64,000 nucleotides of DNA from Burkholderiaceae bacterium (GTDB taxonomy: Bacteria > Pseudomonadota > Gammaproteobacteria > Burkholderiales > Burkholderiaceae_D): NCBI GenBank assembly GCA_018261755.1, contig JAGTRJ010000029.1, positions 1,009-65,008 on the forward strand. The letters are read 5' to 3'. This document shows positions 51,572 through 61,169 of this stretch, piece after piece (position 1 is the first letter of the stretch; each line of letters starts with the position of its first letter). The position numbers and the translations under genes were made by a program. A model generated the notes under the pieces. The model had not been told where the DNA came from and did not search any database. It saw only the letters and a list, made by a program, of their open reading frames with translations.

Positions 51572-53596
51572 TCAGGCGGCTGCCTCCAGCGGAACGGGGT
51601 TGCCGCTAATGGCCGTTTTCAGCACGTCTTCCTGCACCGCCAGCTTGCCGCGTAGCGCTTCGGTGTCTGATTTCTGGTGTTCGAGCGCATCGATTTTTTC
51701 TTCCAGGCTGTCAATCGCCACGTGGATGCGCTGCACCGACTGTTGTCGGTGTTTCAGTTGTTCCTTGTGCTCCCGGATCTGTGCTTCCAGCGGCGCGATT
51801 ACGACTTTCAGCCAGGCTTCGACATCGCGATTCGATTGCAGGAAGCTGTGCTTGACGCGTGAGGCGATTGAATCGAAGAATTTCTGCATCAGCACCACGC
51901 GGGAAGTGGTCAGGAGCGTTGCCGTGCCAAACTGCTTCTGGTAGGCAACCTCGATCTGATCGAGTTCCTTGCGGTATTTTTCCATCGAGAACGGCATTGG
52001 CATCGATACGGCCAGCCCGTGCTCGTTGGAAAATTTGCGGTACATCACGCCCATCATTTCGGATATCTCGGAAATTTTCTGGTCTGACAGTTCCAGGTTG
52101 GTGCGGGTTTCGTCGAAGAATTGCTTGACCGCGCCGCGCAGGCCGGTCGAGAAGCGGCTGTTGCTCATCGCGTCGCGCGTATGGCTGATCGTTTCCTTCA
52201 GCACTTCCATGCCGAGGCTGGTGAAGACGTCTGCCGACAGCCGCGCGAACACGCCGCGTGTGCCCTGCAATTTCAGCAGGCTGCCGTCGAAATCCTTTTT
52301 CTCTGCGTCCAGCCGCTTCATCATGTGCTGGATCACGTTCGCATTCTTGCCGCGCAGGCTCTTCAGCTCGAACAGCTGCTCGACCGCGCCGCGGGTGCGC
52401 GCCGCCAGAAGCGCATGTTTCGAGTCAATCAGCGCATTGATTTCGGCAACCAGTTGCGCGCGGATGATGTCCTTTTTGGCCGGAATGAGTTCCGACGACA
52501 ATGCATTTTCCAACAGTGGCAGGCGGCTTTTGCCAAGCAGTTCGCCGTCATTGCCGATTTTCGCCACCAGCCCCTTTTGCGCCGAAACCGGGAACACCTG
52601 CTTTTCCTGCAGGCCGAGCATGCTGGCGACGCTGGTCACTTGGCTGTTGATCTGGCGTTCGATTTCTGTTTCAGTGCGCAGTTCGTCCCACATGCTGTCG
52701 ATCTTGTTCAGCACCACCATCCGGCCCGCGCCTGCGCCGATATGCTCTTTCCACACATCGATGTCGCTCTTGGTCACGCCGGTGTCGGCCGCGAGGATGA
52801 ACAGTACCGCGTGCGCGTTCGGGATCAAATTCAGCGTCAGTTCAGGTTCGGTACCGATCGCGTTCAGGCCCGGCGTGTCGAGAATCACCAGGCCTTCCTT
52901 CAACAGCGGGTGCGGGAAATTGACGATCGCGTGGCGCCAGAGCGAAATTTCAACCAGCCCATCTTCGCCGACGGAGAGGCCGGCATCCGGATCGTCCTCG
53001 TCGTACAGACCGTAGGATTTGGCTTCATCAATCGAAACGCGCTTGGTCATGCTGACCTGATTGAACGCTTCCATCATGCCGTCAGCGGAGGTGACGTTCA
53101 GCGGATACACGGTCCAGACGTGGCCCTGCAACTTGAAATCGCTGGTCGAACCGGCGCTGGCGCGGGTTTCGATCGGTAGCAGCCGGATCGATGGCGGCAG
53201 CGTTTCGTCGTACATCAGCTCGGTTGGGCACATGGTCGTGCGGCCAGCGGACGACGGCACGATGCGCTTGCCGTAGCCGGCGAAGAAAATTGCATTGATC
53301 AGCTCGGATTTGCCGCGTGAAAATTCCGACACGAACGCGATCGACAGCTTGTCATCGGCCAGCCGGCCAAGCATGTTGTGGAAGCGTTGATTGCTGCTAG
53401 CATCGGACAACCCGGCGGCATCCAGCGCCTGACGGTACTGTTCCAGCGCCGTCACCAGACCTTTGCGCCACTCGCTGTATTCCTTGAATTGCTGGACCAG
53501 ATTGCTCACTTTAGCCCCAATCTCGCTGTATGTTGAAAAACCACCAAGCACACCAACCGAGCATGCTACTACGATCGTGTTGCCTTTTTTTGACAA
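51572..53596 (-). CDS. Bacterial dynamin-like GTPase (dynamin family protein)
   Basis: 674-aa ORF with G1 SEFSRGKSELINAIF, G3 ILDTPGLNA, G4 VLNKID, and a long helical stalk. The exact start is uncertain: the ORF start at 53596 overlaps fpg by 28 nt, and an in-frame GTG near 53509 is an alternative. Confidence 0.85.
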   Translation of the reverse strand: MSKKGNTIVVACSVGVLGGFSTYSEIGAKVSNLVQQFKEYSEWRKGLVTALEQYRQALDAAGLSDASSNQRFHNMLGRLADDKLSIAFVSEFSRGKSELINAIFFAGYGKRIVPSSAGRTTMCPTELMYDETLPPSIRLLPIETRASAGSTSDFKLQGHVWTVYPLNVTSADGMMEAFNQVSMTKRVSIDEAKSYGLYDEDDPDAGLSVGEDGLVEISLWRHAIVNFPHPLLKEGLVILDTPGLNAIGTEPELTLNLIPNAHAVLFILAADTGVTKSDIDVWKEHIGAGAGRMVVLNKIDSMWDELRTETEIERQINSQVTSVASMLGLQEKQVFPVSAQKGLVAKIGNDGELLGKSRLPLLENALSSELIPAKKDIIRAQLVAEINALIDSKHALLAARTRGAVEQLFELKSLRGKNANVIQHMMKRLDAEKKDFDGSLLKLQGTRGVFARLSADVFTSLGMEVLKETISHTRDAMSNSRFSTGLRGAVKQFFDETRTNLELSDQKISEISEMMGVMYRKFSNEHGLAVSMPMPFSMEKYRKELDQIEVAYQKQFGTATLLTTSRVVLMQKFFDSIASRVKHSFLQSNRDVEAWLKVVIAPLEAQIREHKEQLKHRQQSVQRIHVAIDSLEEKIDALEHQKSDTEALRGKLAVQEDVLKTAISGNPVPLEAAA

Positions 53597-54405
53597 TTAG
53601 CACAATAAAACGTCGAACGCTGTCCCTGGCTGATCTGGCGAATGGCAGCGCCGCACTGATGGCAAGGCTGTCCCGCGCGACCGTACACCTGGCAGTGCAA
53701 CTGGAAGTAACCCGGCTGGCCGTCTGCGCCGATAAAATCGCGCAGCGAACTGCCGCCTTGCCGCAACGCTTCACCCAGTACCGAACGAATCGCTTCGGCC
53801 AGCCTGTCGCAGCGCTTGCGCGTTATCCGTTGCGCCGGCGTTCTGGGGTCGATCCCCGCGACGAATAGGCTTTCCGACGCGTATATATTACCAACACCGA
53901 CGACGATTTTGCTAGAAAGCAATGTAAGTTTGATATCGGCGCGGCGATTGCGGCATTTTTGATACAAATATTCGCCGTTGAAAGCCCGGTCGAAGGGTTC
54001 GATTCCCAGGTTGGCCAGCAGCGGATGCTGTTCCACCGGCACCGTTCCAGCCGGATGCCACAGCACGGCGCCGAAGCGGCGCGGGTCGGTCATCCTGACA
54101 GCCTGATCGCCAAACAGCAGGTCGATGTGGTCATGCTTGCCGGCCGGCGTGGCCGCCGGCAATGCGCGCAGGCGGCCGGACATGCCGAGGTGGATGATCA
54201 GCGTGCCGTGGTCGAACCCCAGCAGCAGAAACTTGCCGCGCCGGCCGGTGCGGCGCACGGTGTGTCCGGTCAGCAGTGCCGCTAGCTCATCCGGAAATGG
54301 CCAGCGCAAACCGCTGCGGCGCAGCACGACGCCGGTGATCGCGCGGCCCTCGACATGCGGCGCCAGGCCGCGACGCGTGATTTCGACTTCTGGCAATTCT
54401 GGCAT
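53569..54405 (-). CDS. mutM: Formamidopyrimidine-DNA glycosylase
   Basis: Within the ORF at 53569..55101 the start is ATG 54405, giving MPELPEVE (catalytic Pro2, Glu3). It has the H2TH region and a C-terminal zinc finger CHQCG...YCANCQ. Confidence 0.93.
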   Translation of the reverse strand: MPELPEVEITRRGLAPHVEGRAITGVVLRRSGLRWPFPDELAALLTGHTVRRTGRRGKFLLLGFDHGTLIIHLGMSGRLRALPAATPAGKHDHIDLLFGDQAVRMTDPRRFGAVLWHPAGTVPVEQHPLLANLGIEPFDRAFNGEYLYQKCRNRRADIKLTLLSSKIVVGVGNIYASESLFVAGIDPRTPAQRITRKRCDRLAEAIRSVLGEALRQGGSSLRDFIGADGQPGYFQLHCQVYGRAGQPCHQCGAAIRQISQGQRSTFYCANCQKKATRS

Positions 54406-54504
54406 ATGGATACAATATGATTCGTTGGCAACGCAGCCGGCATGGGCGCACAACAAGGGCGTAAAATCAGGCCGGTTGAATTCTTCTCCGTTACGGGAGC
54501 TCAC

Positions 54505-56280
54505 TTGAAAAACACACTGTTGATTGTAATCCTGTCGGCAGCATTGTCCGCGATCGGTGGAGCGCAGGCATGGGCGCAGGATAAACCGCAGGAAAAGCCG
54601 GCCGCCGTTACCGCACAACCAGACGCAGGCAAGGGGCAGGCGGCCGATCCGCTGCCTGAAGTGCAACTGACGCGAGAAATCCTGTTCAAGCTGCTGTCGG
54701 CCGATCTGGCATTCCAGCGCGGTTACTGGAAAGCGGCCTACAACACGACGATGAGCGTGGCCAAGCAGACGCGCGATCCCCGCATTGCGCGGCGCGCGGC
54801 GGAAATGGCGGCCGCCGTGCAGCGTCCGGGCGAGGCGCTGGCCGCGGTGCGGCTGTGGCGCGAACTGGCGCCGCATTCGGACGAGGCGGCGCGGTATTTT
54901 CTCGGTTTCGTGCTGCTCAGCGGCGAGCTGACGGAAGCAAAGCCGGTGCTGGCGCGCCAGTTGAAGGAGGCGCGGCCGCAGGATCGGGCGATCGTGATGT
55001 TCCAGATTCAGCGGCTGCTGGCGGGCGTGACCGACAAGGAAAAGGCGTTCTCGCTGCTGGAGGAATTGCTCAAGCCCTATCTGAACACGCCGGAAGCCCA
55101 CATCGCGCTGGCGCAGGGGGCGTATAACAAGGGCGACCGCGAGCGGGCCACGCAGGAATCACAGCGGGCGCTGGCGATCAAGCCGGATTCCGAACTGGCC
55201 GCGCTGACGCTGGCGCAGGCGAGCAGCGATGCCGACCACGCGGAAAAGGTGCTGGCCGATTTCATTGCCGCCCATCCGCAGGCGCGGGACGTGCGCATCG
55301 CGTATGCGCGGGTGTTGATCGCGCAAAAGAAATACGACGTGGCGCGGCATGAATTCGAGGCGCTGCTCGAGCTGCAGCCGAAGGATCTGGTGTCGCTGTA
55401 TTCGCTGGGCCTGCTGTCGGCGCAGGCGAACGATGCCAGAAATGCCGAGCGCTATCTGGCGGCCTATGTTGAAGCTGCAGGTTCGCAAAAGAGTGTCGAG
55501 CGCGAGCAGACGCAGGTGCTGCTGCTGCTGGCGCAACTGGCGGACGAGCGCGGCGATATCGATACGGCACTCAAATGGCTGGAACAGATTGAACAGCAGC
55601 CGGGCAATCAGGCTGCCTATGTCGGCGCCCGCATCAAGCGCGCGCAGATTGCCGCCAAGCGGGGCGAGATTGGCAGCGCGCGCAAGATCCTGAGCGAAAC
55701 CGAAGCGCAGGATGAAGCCGGTCAGGTGCAGTTGATCATGGCGCACGGGCAATTGCTGCGCGACGCGAACCAGTTGCCGCAGGCGATGGCGGTGCTTGAA
55801 GCCGGACTGAAGCAGTATCCGAAAAACACCAACCTGCTGTACGACTATGCGATGGTGGCGGAAAAGCTGGACCGGATCGTGGAGATGGAGACCTCGCTGC
55901 GGCTGATCATCGCGCTTGAGCCGAACAACTTCCACGCTTACAACGCGCTCGGCTATTCGCTGGCCGACCGCAATCTGCGTCTGCTGGAAGCGCAGGAGCT
56001 GATCGAACACGCGCTCAAGCTGGCGCCGGAAGATGCATTCATTCTCGACAGCATGGGCTGGGTGCAGTTCCGTCTGGGCAAGATCGATGAAGCCGAAAAG
56101 CTGTTGCGGCGCGCGCTGGGCAAGCGTGGTGATGCCGAAATCGCGGTGCATCTGGGCGAAGTGCTGTGGCACAAGGGCCAGCAGGATGAAGCCAGGAAGC
56201 TGTGGCGCGCCGCGGCAGCCAAGGATCCGGGCAATGATGCGCTGAAAAGCACACTCAAGCGGCTGAAAGTCGCGCCATGA
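54505..56280 (+). CDS. Tetratricopeptide-repeat (TPR) periplasmic protein
   Basis: The ORF is 54442..56280, with a probable TTG start at 54505 before the signal peptide LKNTLLIVILSAALSAIGGAQAWA. It has multiple TPR-like repeats and occupies the conserved position upstream of lolB-ispE. Confidence 0.82.
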   Translation: MKNTLLIVILSAALSAIGGAQAWAQDKPQEKPAAVTAQPDAGKGQAADPLPEVQLTREILFKLLSADLAFQRGYWKAAYNTTMSVAKQTRDPRIARRAAEMAAAVQRPGEALAAVRLWRELAPHSDEAARYFLGFVLLSGELTEAKPVLARQLKEARPQDRAIVMFQIQRLLAGVTDKEKAFSLLEELLKPYLNTPEAHIALAQGAYNKGDRERATQESQRALAIKPDSELAALTLAQASSDADHAEKVLADFIAAHPQARDVRIAYARVLIAQKKYDVARHEFEALLELQPKDLVSLYSLGLLSAQANDARNAERYLAAYVEAAGSQKSVEREQTQVLLLLAQLADERGDIDTALKWLEQIEQQPGNQAAYVGARIKRAQIAAKRGEIGSARKILSETEAQDEAGQVQLIMAHGQLLRDANQLPQAMAVLEAGLKQYPKNTNLLYDYAMVAEKLDRIVEMETSLRLIIALEPNNFHAYNALGYSLADRNLRLLEAQELIEHALKLAPEDAFILDSMGWVQFRLGKIDEAEKLLRRALGKRGDAEIAVHLGEVLWHKGQQDEARKLWRAAAAKDPGNDALKSTLKRLKVAP

Positions 56281-56281
56281 T

Positions 56282-56361
56282 GGTGAAAATATACTCCGTG
56301 CAGTATTTGTAAAACGTCGCGGAATATCCTGCACAGATGCGTAATTTTTTCATATACTCCC
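56282..56361 (+). repeat. Degenerate copy of the dispersed element (R10), overlapping the lolB start
   Basis: GGTGAAAATATACTCCGTGCAGTATTTGTAAAACG...ATTTTTTCATATACTCCC. It keeps the core palindrome ATACTCCGTGCAGTAT and a TATAC(T)CCC end. Confidence 0.5.
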
Positions 56362-56945
56362 TGTTTTTTGCGGTTTTTCTGGCGCTTTCCGGTTGCGTTG
56401 CGGTGACGCCGGACACGCCTGCGCCATCCGCCGCGCCGCGCGCCTGCGTTGGCGACATCGAACTCGCTGGCCGGTTCTCGGTGCGCTACTGGCAGGATGG
56501 GCGCGAAGAGGCGGCGCACGGCAGTTTCCGCTGGCGCCAGGCGGGGCTGCGTGCCAGCATCACGCTGCTGTCGCTGTTGGGGCAGACGCTGGCGACGATA
56601 GAGCTGGCGCCGGGGCGGGCGATGCTGACGCTGGCGGATCAGCCGCCGCGCGTGGCCGCCGACGCCGATGCGCTGGCGGCGCAGGCGCTCGGCTGGCCGT
56701 TGCCGGTATCCGGCCTGCGCGATTGGCTGCAGGGCTGCGCACGGCTGGCCGATGGTGGCCGCTTCGTCGCCGCTCCGGGGCGCGAGCAGGCGACTGCGGC
56801 GGATGGCTGGCGGCTGAATTATCCGGTCTGGGAGCGGGATGGCGATGCGCCGCGCCCGAAGCGCATTGATCTCGAACGGCCGGCGGATGACGGCGGCATT
56901 TCGCTGCGGCTGGTGATTGACGACTGGCAGCCGGGGGCGCGATGA
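56337..56945 (+). CDS. lolB: Outer-membrane lipoprotein insertion protein LolB
   Basis: 202-aa ORF with the lipobox LALSGC, and the position upstream of ispE. It shows LolB-like GRFSVRY...GSFRW. Confidence 0.85.
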   Translation: MRNFFIYSLFFAVFLALSGCVAVTPDTPAPSAAPRACVGDIELAGRFSVRYWQDGREEAAHGSFRWRQAGLRASITLLSLLGQTLATIELAPGRAMLTLADQPPRVAADADALAAQALGWPLPVSGLRDWLQGCARLADGGRFVAAPGREQATAADGWRLNYPVWERDGDAPRPKRIDLERPADDGGISLRLVIDDWQPGAR

Positions 56946-57856
56946 CGATGCCGGCGCCGCTCGTTTTGCCGACCAGCCTGCGCAATTGCGCCGCGCCGGC
57001 GAAGCTGAACCTGTTCCTGCACATTACCGGCCGGCGGCCGGATGGCTATCATCTGCTGCAGACGGTGTTCCAACTGCTCGATTATGGCGATACGCTGCAC
57101 TTCACGCTGCGCGACGATGGCGAGGTTCGCCGCGTGACCGACATTCCCGGCGTGCCGGCGGAATCCGACCTGACGGTGCGCGCGGCCCGACTGCTGCAGG
57201 CTACGGCCGGCGAGCGTCTGGGCAGGCGCTTGCCGGGAGTGGAGATCGCGATCGACAAGCGCTTGCCGATGGGCGGCGGCCTCGGCGGCGGTTCGTCCGA
57301 TGCGGCCACGACGCTGATGGCGCTCAATCACCTGTGGCAGGCGGGGTTTGGCCGCGCCGAACTGATGGCGCTGGGGCTGAAGCTCGGGGCGGATGTGCCG
57401 TTTTTCATTTTCGGCCGCAATGCGTTTGCCGAGGGTGTGGGCGAGGAGCTGGCGGCGGTCGAAACGCCGGATTGCTGGTATCTGGTGCTTGAACCGGGGG
57501 TGTCGATCCCGACGGCAGCAATTTTTGCCGCAGGGGATTTGACAAGGGATTCGAAATCGGTCAGAATTACGGACTTTTCCAAAGGCGGCACAGGATTTGG
57601 TAACGAATCGGGTGGCTTTGGGAGAAATGATTTGCAACCCGTCGCCTGCAGGCTGTTTCCGCAGGTGGCCGCAGCGATTGAATGGCTCGGCCGGGTCGGG
57701 AATGCCAGGATGACCGGTTCTGGCGCTTGCGTGTTTTGCCCGTTTCATGACGAGGCAGCGGCAGACGAAGCGCTTGGAAAGGTTCCCGGTGAGTGGAAAG
57801 CCTGGAAAGCGCGCGCACTGGCGCGGCATCCGCTGGATTTTCTGCTGCGGGCATAG
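56942..57856 (+). CDS. ispE: 4-diphosphocytidyl-2-C-methyl-D-erythritol kinase
   Basis: 304-aa ORF with [25 protein letters not shown] and the GHMP kinase motif [14 protein letters not shown]. Confidence 0.93.
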   Translation: MTMPAPLVLPTSLRNCAAPAKLNLFLHITGRRPDGYHLLQTVFQLLDYGDTLHFTLRDDGEVRRVTDIPGVPAESDLTVRAARLLQATAGERLGRRLPGVEIAIDKRLPMGGGLGGGSSDAATTLMALNHLWQAGFGRAELMALGLKLGADVPFFIFGRNAFAEGVGEELAAVETPDCWYLVLEPGVSIPTAAIFAAGDLTRDSKSVRITDFSKGGTGFGNESGGFGRNDLQPVACRLFPQVAAAIEWLGRVGNARMTGSGACVFCPFHDEAAADEALGKVPGEWKAWKARALARHPLDFLLRA

Positions 57857-57909
57857 CGGGCTGCACAAAGAATTTGGTTCGTCGTTGATGGCGGCGGACA
57901 GCAGAATGT

Positions 57910-57986
57910 AGGGGAATCGCCAAGTTGGTTAAGGCACTGGATTTTGATTCCAGCATGCGAAGGTTCGAATCCTTCTTCCCCTGCCA
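57910..57986 (+). tRNA. tRNA-Gln (anticodon TTG)
   Basis: Folded by hand. Acceptor stem AGGGGAA/TTCCCCT, anticodon stem-loop CTGGA-TTTTGAT-TCCAG, T-arm GAAGG-TTCGAAT-CCTTC, discriminator G, and encoded CCA. Confidence 0.9.
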
Positions 57987-58002
57987 CAAATACGCTTCGC
58001 TC

Positions 58003-58971
58003 ATGGCTCCCACAGACCTGATGGTTTTCACCGGTAACGCCAATCCGGAACTGGCACAAAAAGTGGCGCAAAATCTTGGTATCCCGCTTGGTCAGGCGAC
58101 CGTCAGCAAGTTTTCCGACGGCGAGATCACGGTCGAAATCAACGAAAACGTGCGCGGCAAGGAAGTATTCGTCGTGCAATCGACCTGCGCGCCGACCAAC
58201 GACAACCTGATGGAAATCATGCTGATGGTCGATGCATTGAAACGCGCATCGGCCGGCCGCATCAGCGCGGTGATTCCGTATTTCGGCTATGCGCGCCAGG
58301 ATCGCCGTCCGCGTTCTGCCCGTGTGGCGATTTCTGCCCGTGTGGTGGCGAACATGCTGGAAAAGGTCGGCGTCGAACGCGTGCTGATCATGGATGTGCA
58401 TGCCGACCAGATTCAGGGTTTCTTCGATATTCCGGTCGACAACGTGTATGCGTCGCCGGTCTTGCTGCGCGACTTGCAAAAGAAGCATCCTAACAACGTG
58501 CTGGTCGTGTCGCCGGACGTCGGCGGCGTGGTGCGCGCGCGCGCGCTGGCCAAGTCGCTCGGCTGCGATCTGGCGATCATCGACAAGCGCCGCCCGAAGG
58601 CGAACGTGTCTGAGGTGATGAACGTGATCGGCGAAGTCAGGGGCCGCAACTGCGTGATCATGGACGACATGGTCGATACCGCCGGCACGCTGACCACCGC
58701 TGCCGCAGTGCTGAAGGAATATGGCGCGACCAAGGTGCTGGCGTACTGTACGCACCCGGTTCTGTCCGGCCCGGCGATCGAGCGCATCACCAATTCGCCG
58801 CTGGATGAACTGGTCGTGACCGACACCATTCCGCTGTCCGAAAAAGCCGCTGCCTGCCCGAAAATCCGTCAGCTGACCTGCGCGCCGCTGCTGGCCGAAA
58901 CGATAAAGCGCATCAGCACCGGCGATTCGGTGATGTCGCTGTTCGCCGAGATGGACGAATACGGCCAGTAA
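58003..58971 (+). CDS. prs: Ribose-phosphate pyrophosphokinase
   Basis: The ORF is 57925..58971, with the likely start at ATG 58003 ([12 protein letters not shown]). Motifs: [14 protein letters not shown], and the PRPP loop [12 protein letters not shown]. Confidence 0.95.
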   Translation: MAPTDLMVFTGNANPELAQKVAQNLGIPLGQATVSKFSDGEITVEINENVRGKEVFVVQSTCAPTNDNLMEIMLMVDALKRASAGRISAVIPYFGYARQDRRPRSARVAISARVVANMLEKVGVERVLIMDVHADQIQGFFDIPVDNVYASPVLLRDLQKKHPNNVLVVSPDVGGVVRARALAKSLGCDLAIIDKRRPKANVSEVMNVIGEVRGRNCVIMDDMVDTAGTLTTAAAVLKEYGATKVLAYCTHPVLSGPAIERITNSPLDELVVTDTIPLSEKAAACPKIRQLTCAPLLAETIKRISTGDSVMSLFAEMDEYGQ

Positions 58972-58984
58972 TCGCAAGTTTTTC

Positions 58985-59015
58985 CGGCGCCGGCTTTCCG
59001 CCGGCGCCGTTTTTC
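58985..59015 (+). terminator. Rho-independent terminator after prs
   Basis: GGCGCCGGC-tttcc-GCCGGCGCC-G-TTTTT. Confidence 0.8.
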
Positions 59016-59079
59016 CATCCCCTGGTCGCGGGGGATTTACCAAGTGGGGCCAGTCCCTGCGAATTTTGGAGTGTTAACC

Positions 59080-59537
59080 ATGAAAATTACTGCATTTGCA
59101 CGCACTGAGCAGGGGACCGGAGCGAGCCGCCGCCTGCGCAATGCCGGCATGACCCCGGGCATCGTGAAATCGATGGCGCGATCGAACAGGTAATGCTGCG
59201 CGATTTCCAGATGCACGCTTACAAACAGCTGGTGATGCACATCGACTTCCAGCGTGTCGATCCGACGCAAAAGATTGTCATCCGCGTGCCGCTGCACTTC
59301 GCCAATGCCGACGTATCGCCGGCGGTCAAGCAGGGCGGTTCCAGCGTGCATTACACCATCAATGCGATCGATATCGAATGCTTGCCGAAGGATCTGCCGG
59401 AATTCATCACGGTCGACCTGTCCGGCATCAAGTCGAGCCAGATGGTTTACCTCAGCGACGTGGTTCTGCCGGAAGGTGTTACCGTTGTTGCCGGCGACAA
59501 GAAACAGGCGATTGCTTCCGCTACCAAGGCCAAGTAA
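59080..59537 (+). pseudogene. rplY: 50S ribosomal protein L25/Ctc, disrupted by loss of an internal block plus a frameshift near 59164-59168
   Basis: The ATG at 59080 gives [29 protein letters not shown] and then KSMARSNR-stop. A second frame continues [32 protein letters not shown]... to the stop at 59537 (ORF 59193..59537). The expected YGG...ELDHN... block of about 33 residues is absent. Confidence 0.8.
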
Positions 59538-59556
59538 TTCCCGTCTCTGCCGCATC

Positions 59557-59594
59557 AAAACCCGCCGCGCAGTTTTTGCCTGGCGGGTTTTTTG
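59557..59594 (+). terminator. Rho-independent terminator after rplY
   Basis: AAAACCCGCC-(15-nt loop)-GGCGGGTTTTTTG. Confidence 0.75.
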
Positions 59595-59708
59595 TTGCCT
59601 GCGCGGCGCAGCCGGAATTCGGCTGGCATCTGGCCAGAATAGTGCTGCGGACTTCACCCGCGGCGTGGCGCGAATGAAGTCCGTGTCAGGATGAGGTAGT
59701 GCAGGCGC

Positions 59709-60965
59709 TCAGGCGGATTTCAGCAGTGCATCGACGGCTTGGCGCAGCAGCTTGCCGGCTTCGTCGATTTGCCTGTCGGACACGATCAGCGCTGGCACGA
59801 TGCGCACCACGTCCATGCCGGCCACCAGCAGCATCAGCCCCTGCGCTTCGGCCGCATTGACCACGTCTTTCGAGCGGCCCTTGTAGCCGTCGGCCATCAC
59901 CAGCCCGAGCAGCAGCCCCTTGCCGCGCACTTCGGCAAACACGTGCGGATAGTCGGCCACGATGCCGCGCAGGGTTTTTTGCAGTTGTTCGGACGCATGG
60001 TTCACGCGCGCGAGGAATTCCGGCGTGTTGATGATTTCCAGCACTTTCAGCGCCACCGTGGCCGCCAGCGGGTTGCCGCCGTAGGTGGTGCCGTGGGAGC
60101 CGACGGAAAATGTTTTGGCGATTTCAACCGTGGTCAGCATCGCGCCGATCGGGTAGCCGTTGCCTAGCGCCTTGGCCGCGGTCAGGATGTCCGGCGTCAC
60201 GCCGTAATCCATGTACGAAAACAGCGTGCCGGTGCGACCCATGCCACATTGGACTTCATCGAAAATCAAGAGCGCATTCTTTTCATCGCAAATCTGGCGC
60301 AGCGCCTGCAGGTATTCTGGCGTGGCCGGGATCACGCCGCCTTCGCCCTGCACCGGCTCGACCACCACCGCGCACACGTCGTCGGTGATGGCGGCGCGCG
60401 CGGCGTCAATGTTGTTGAACGGGATGTGGTCGATGTCTTCCGGCAGCGGCGCATAGCCTTCGGTGTATTTCGGCTGGCCGCCGACCGAAACGGTGAACAG
60501 CGTGCGGCCGTGGAACGACTGCAGGCAGGAAATGATGCGCGATTTCTTCGGCCCGAACTTGTCGCTGGCGTATTTGCGCGCCAGCTTGAACGCGGCTTCA
60601 TTCGCTTCCGCGCCGGAATTGCAGAAGAAGGCGCGATCGGCGAAGGTCGCCTGCGTCAGTGCCAGCGCCAGCCGCAACACCGGCTCGTTGGTGTACAGGT
60701 TGCACACGTGCCAGATCGTCCGCGCCTGCGCGCACAGCGCATCGGCCAGGATCGGGTTCGTATGCCCTAGGCTGGTGACGGCCACGCCGGCGGTGAAATC
60801 GAGATAGCGTCGGCCTTCCTGATCCCAGACATCAAGACCGGAACCGCGCACCGGCACGACCTGGCTCGGTGCATAGGTCGGCACCATCACTTGGTCGAAG
60901 GTTTTCCGGGTAACGATTGCGGGTTTGGCAGCCAGGTTGCTGCCGTTCTTGTCTAGTGTAGTCAT
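59709..60965 (-). CDS. argD: Class III PLP aminotransferase (acetylornithine/succinylornithine aminotransferase-like)
   Basis: The ORF is 59709..61070, with the likely start at ATG 60965 (MTTLDKNG). Motifs: [31 protein letters not shown], and the PLP-Lys context [12 protein letters not shown]. Confidence 0.8.
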   Translation of the reverse strand: MTTLDKNGSNLAAKPAIVTRKTFDQVMVPTYAPSQVVPVRGSGLDVWDQEGRRYLDFTAGVAVTSLGHTNPILADALCAQARTIWHVCNLYTNEPVLRLALALTQATFADRAFFCNSGAEANEAAFKLARKYASDKFGPKKSRIISCLQSFHGRTLFTVSVGGQPKYTEGYAPLPEDIDHIPFNNIDAARAAITDDVCAVVVEPVQGEGGVIPATPEYLQALRQICDEKNALLIFDEVQCGMGRTGTLFSYMDYGVTPDILTAAKALGNGYPIGAMLTTVEIAKTFSVGSHGTTYGGNPLAATVALKVLEIINTPEFLARVNHASEQLQKTLRGIVADYPHVFAEVRGKGLLLGLVMADGYKGRSKDVVNAAEAQGLMLLVAGMDVVRIVPALIVSDRQIDEAGKLLRQAVDALLKSA

Positions 60966-61169
60966 GGCTTTTCCATCCAGGCGGGAGTCGGAACAATATC
61001 TGCGGCACCGGATCGCGGTGCGCAAATCAACGCGAATTGCCATTATTCCACGAAGCGGCGCGATGCCCAAGCACGAATGGCGGTTCGGCGCGATTTCTTG
61101 CGGCCGGACGGCTTGCGCATTGCCGCCGCAACCGATAAGGTGATGGTTTTGCTTGATTCTGGACTGCCC

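Noticed and set aside
60966-61169. A possible metal-sensing riboswitch or leader upstream of the CDF transporter. I also looked for a cobalamin riboswitch upstream of the adenosyltransferase gene (11210-11460).
   Set aside because: I could not find the conserved cores of the NiCo/czcD or cobalamin (B12-box) riboswitches by eye, so there is no support.
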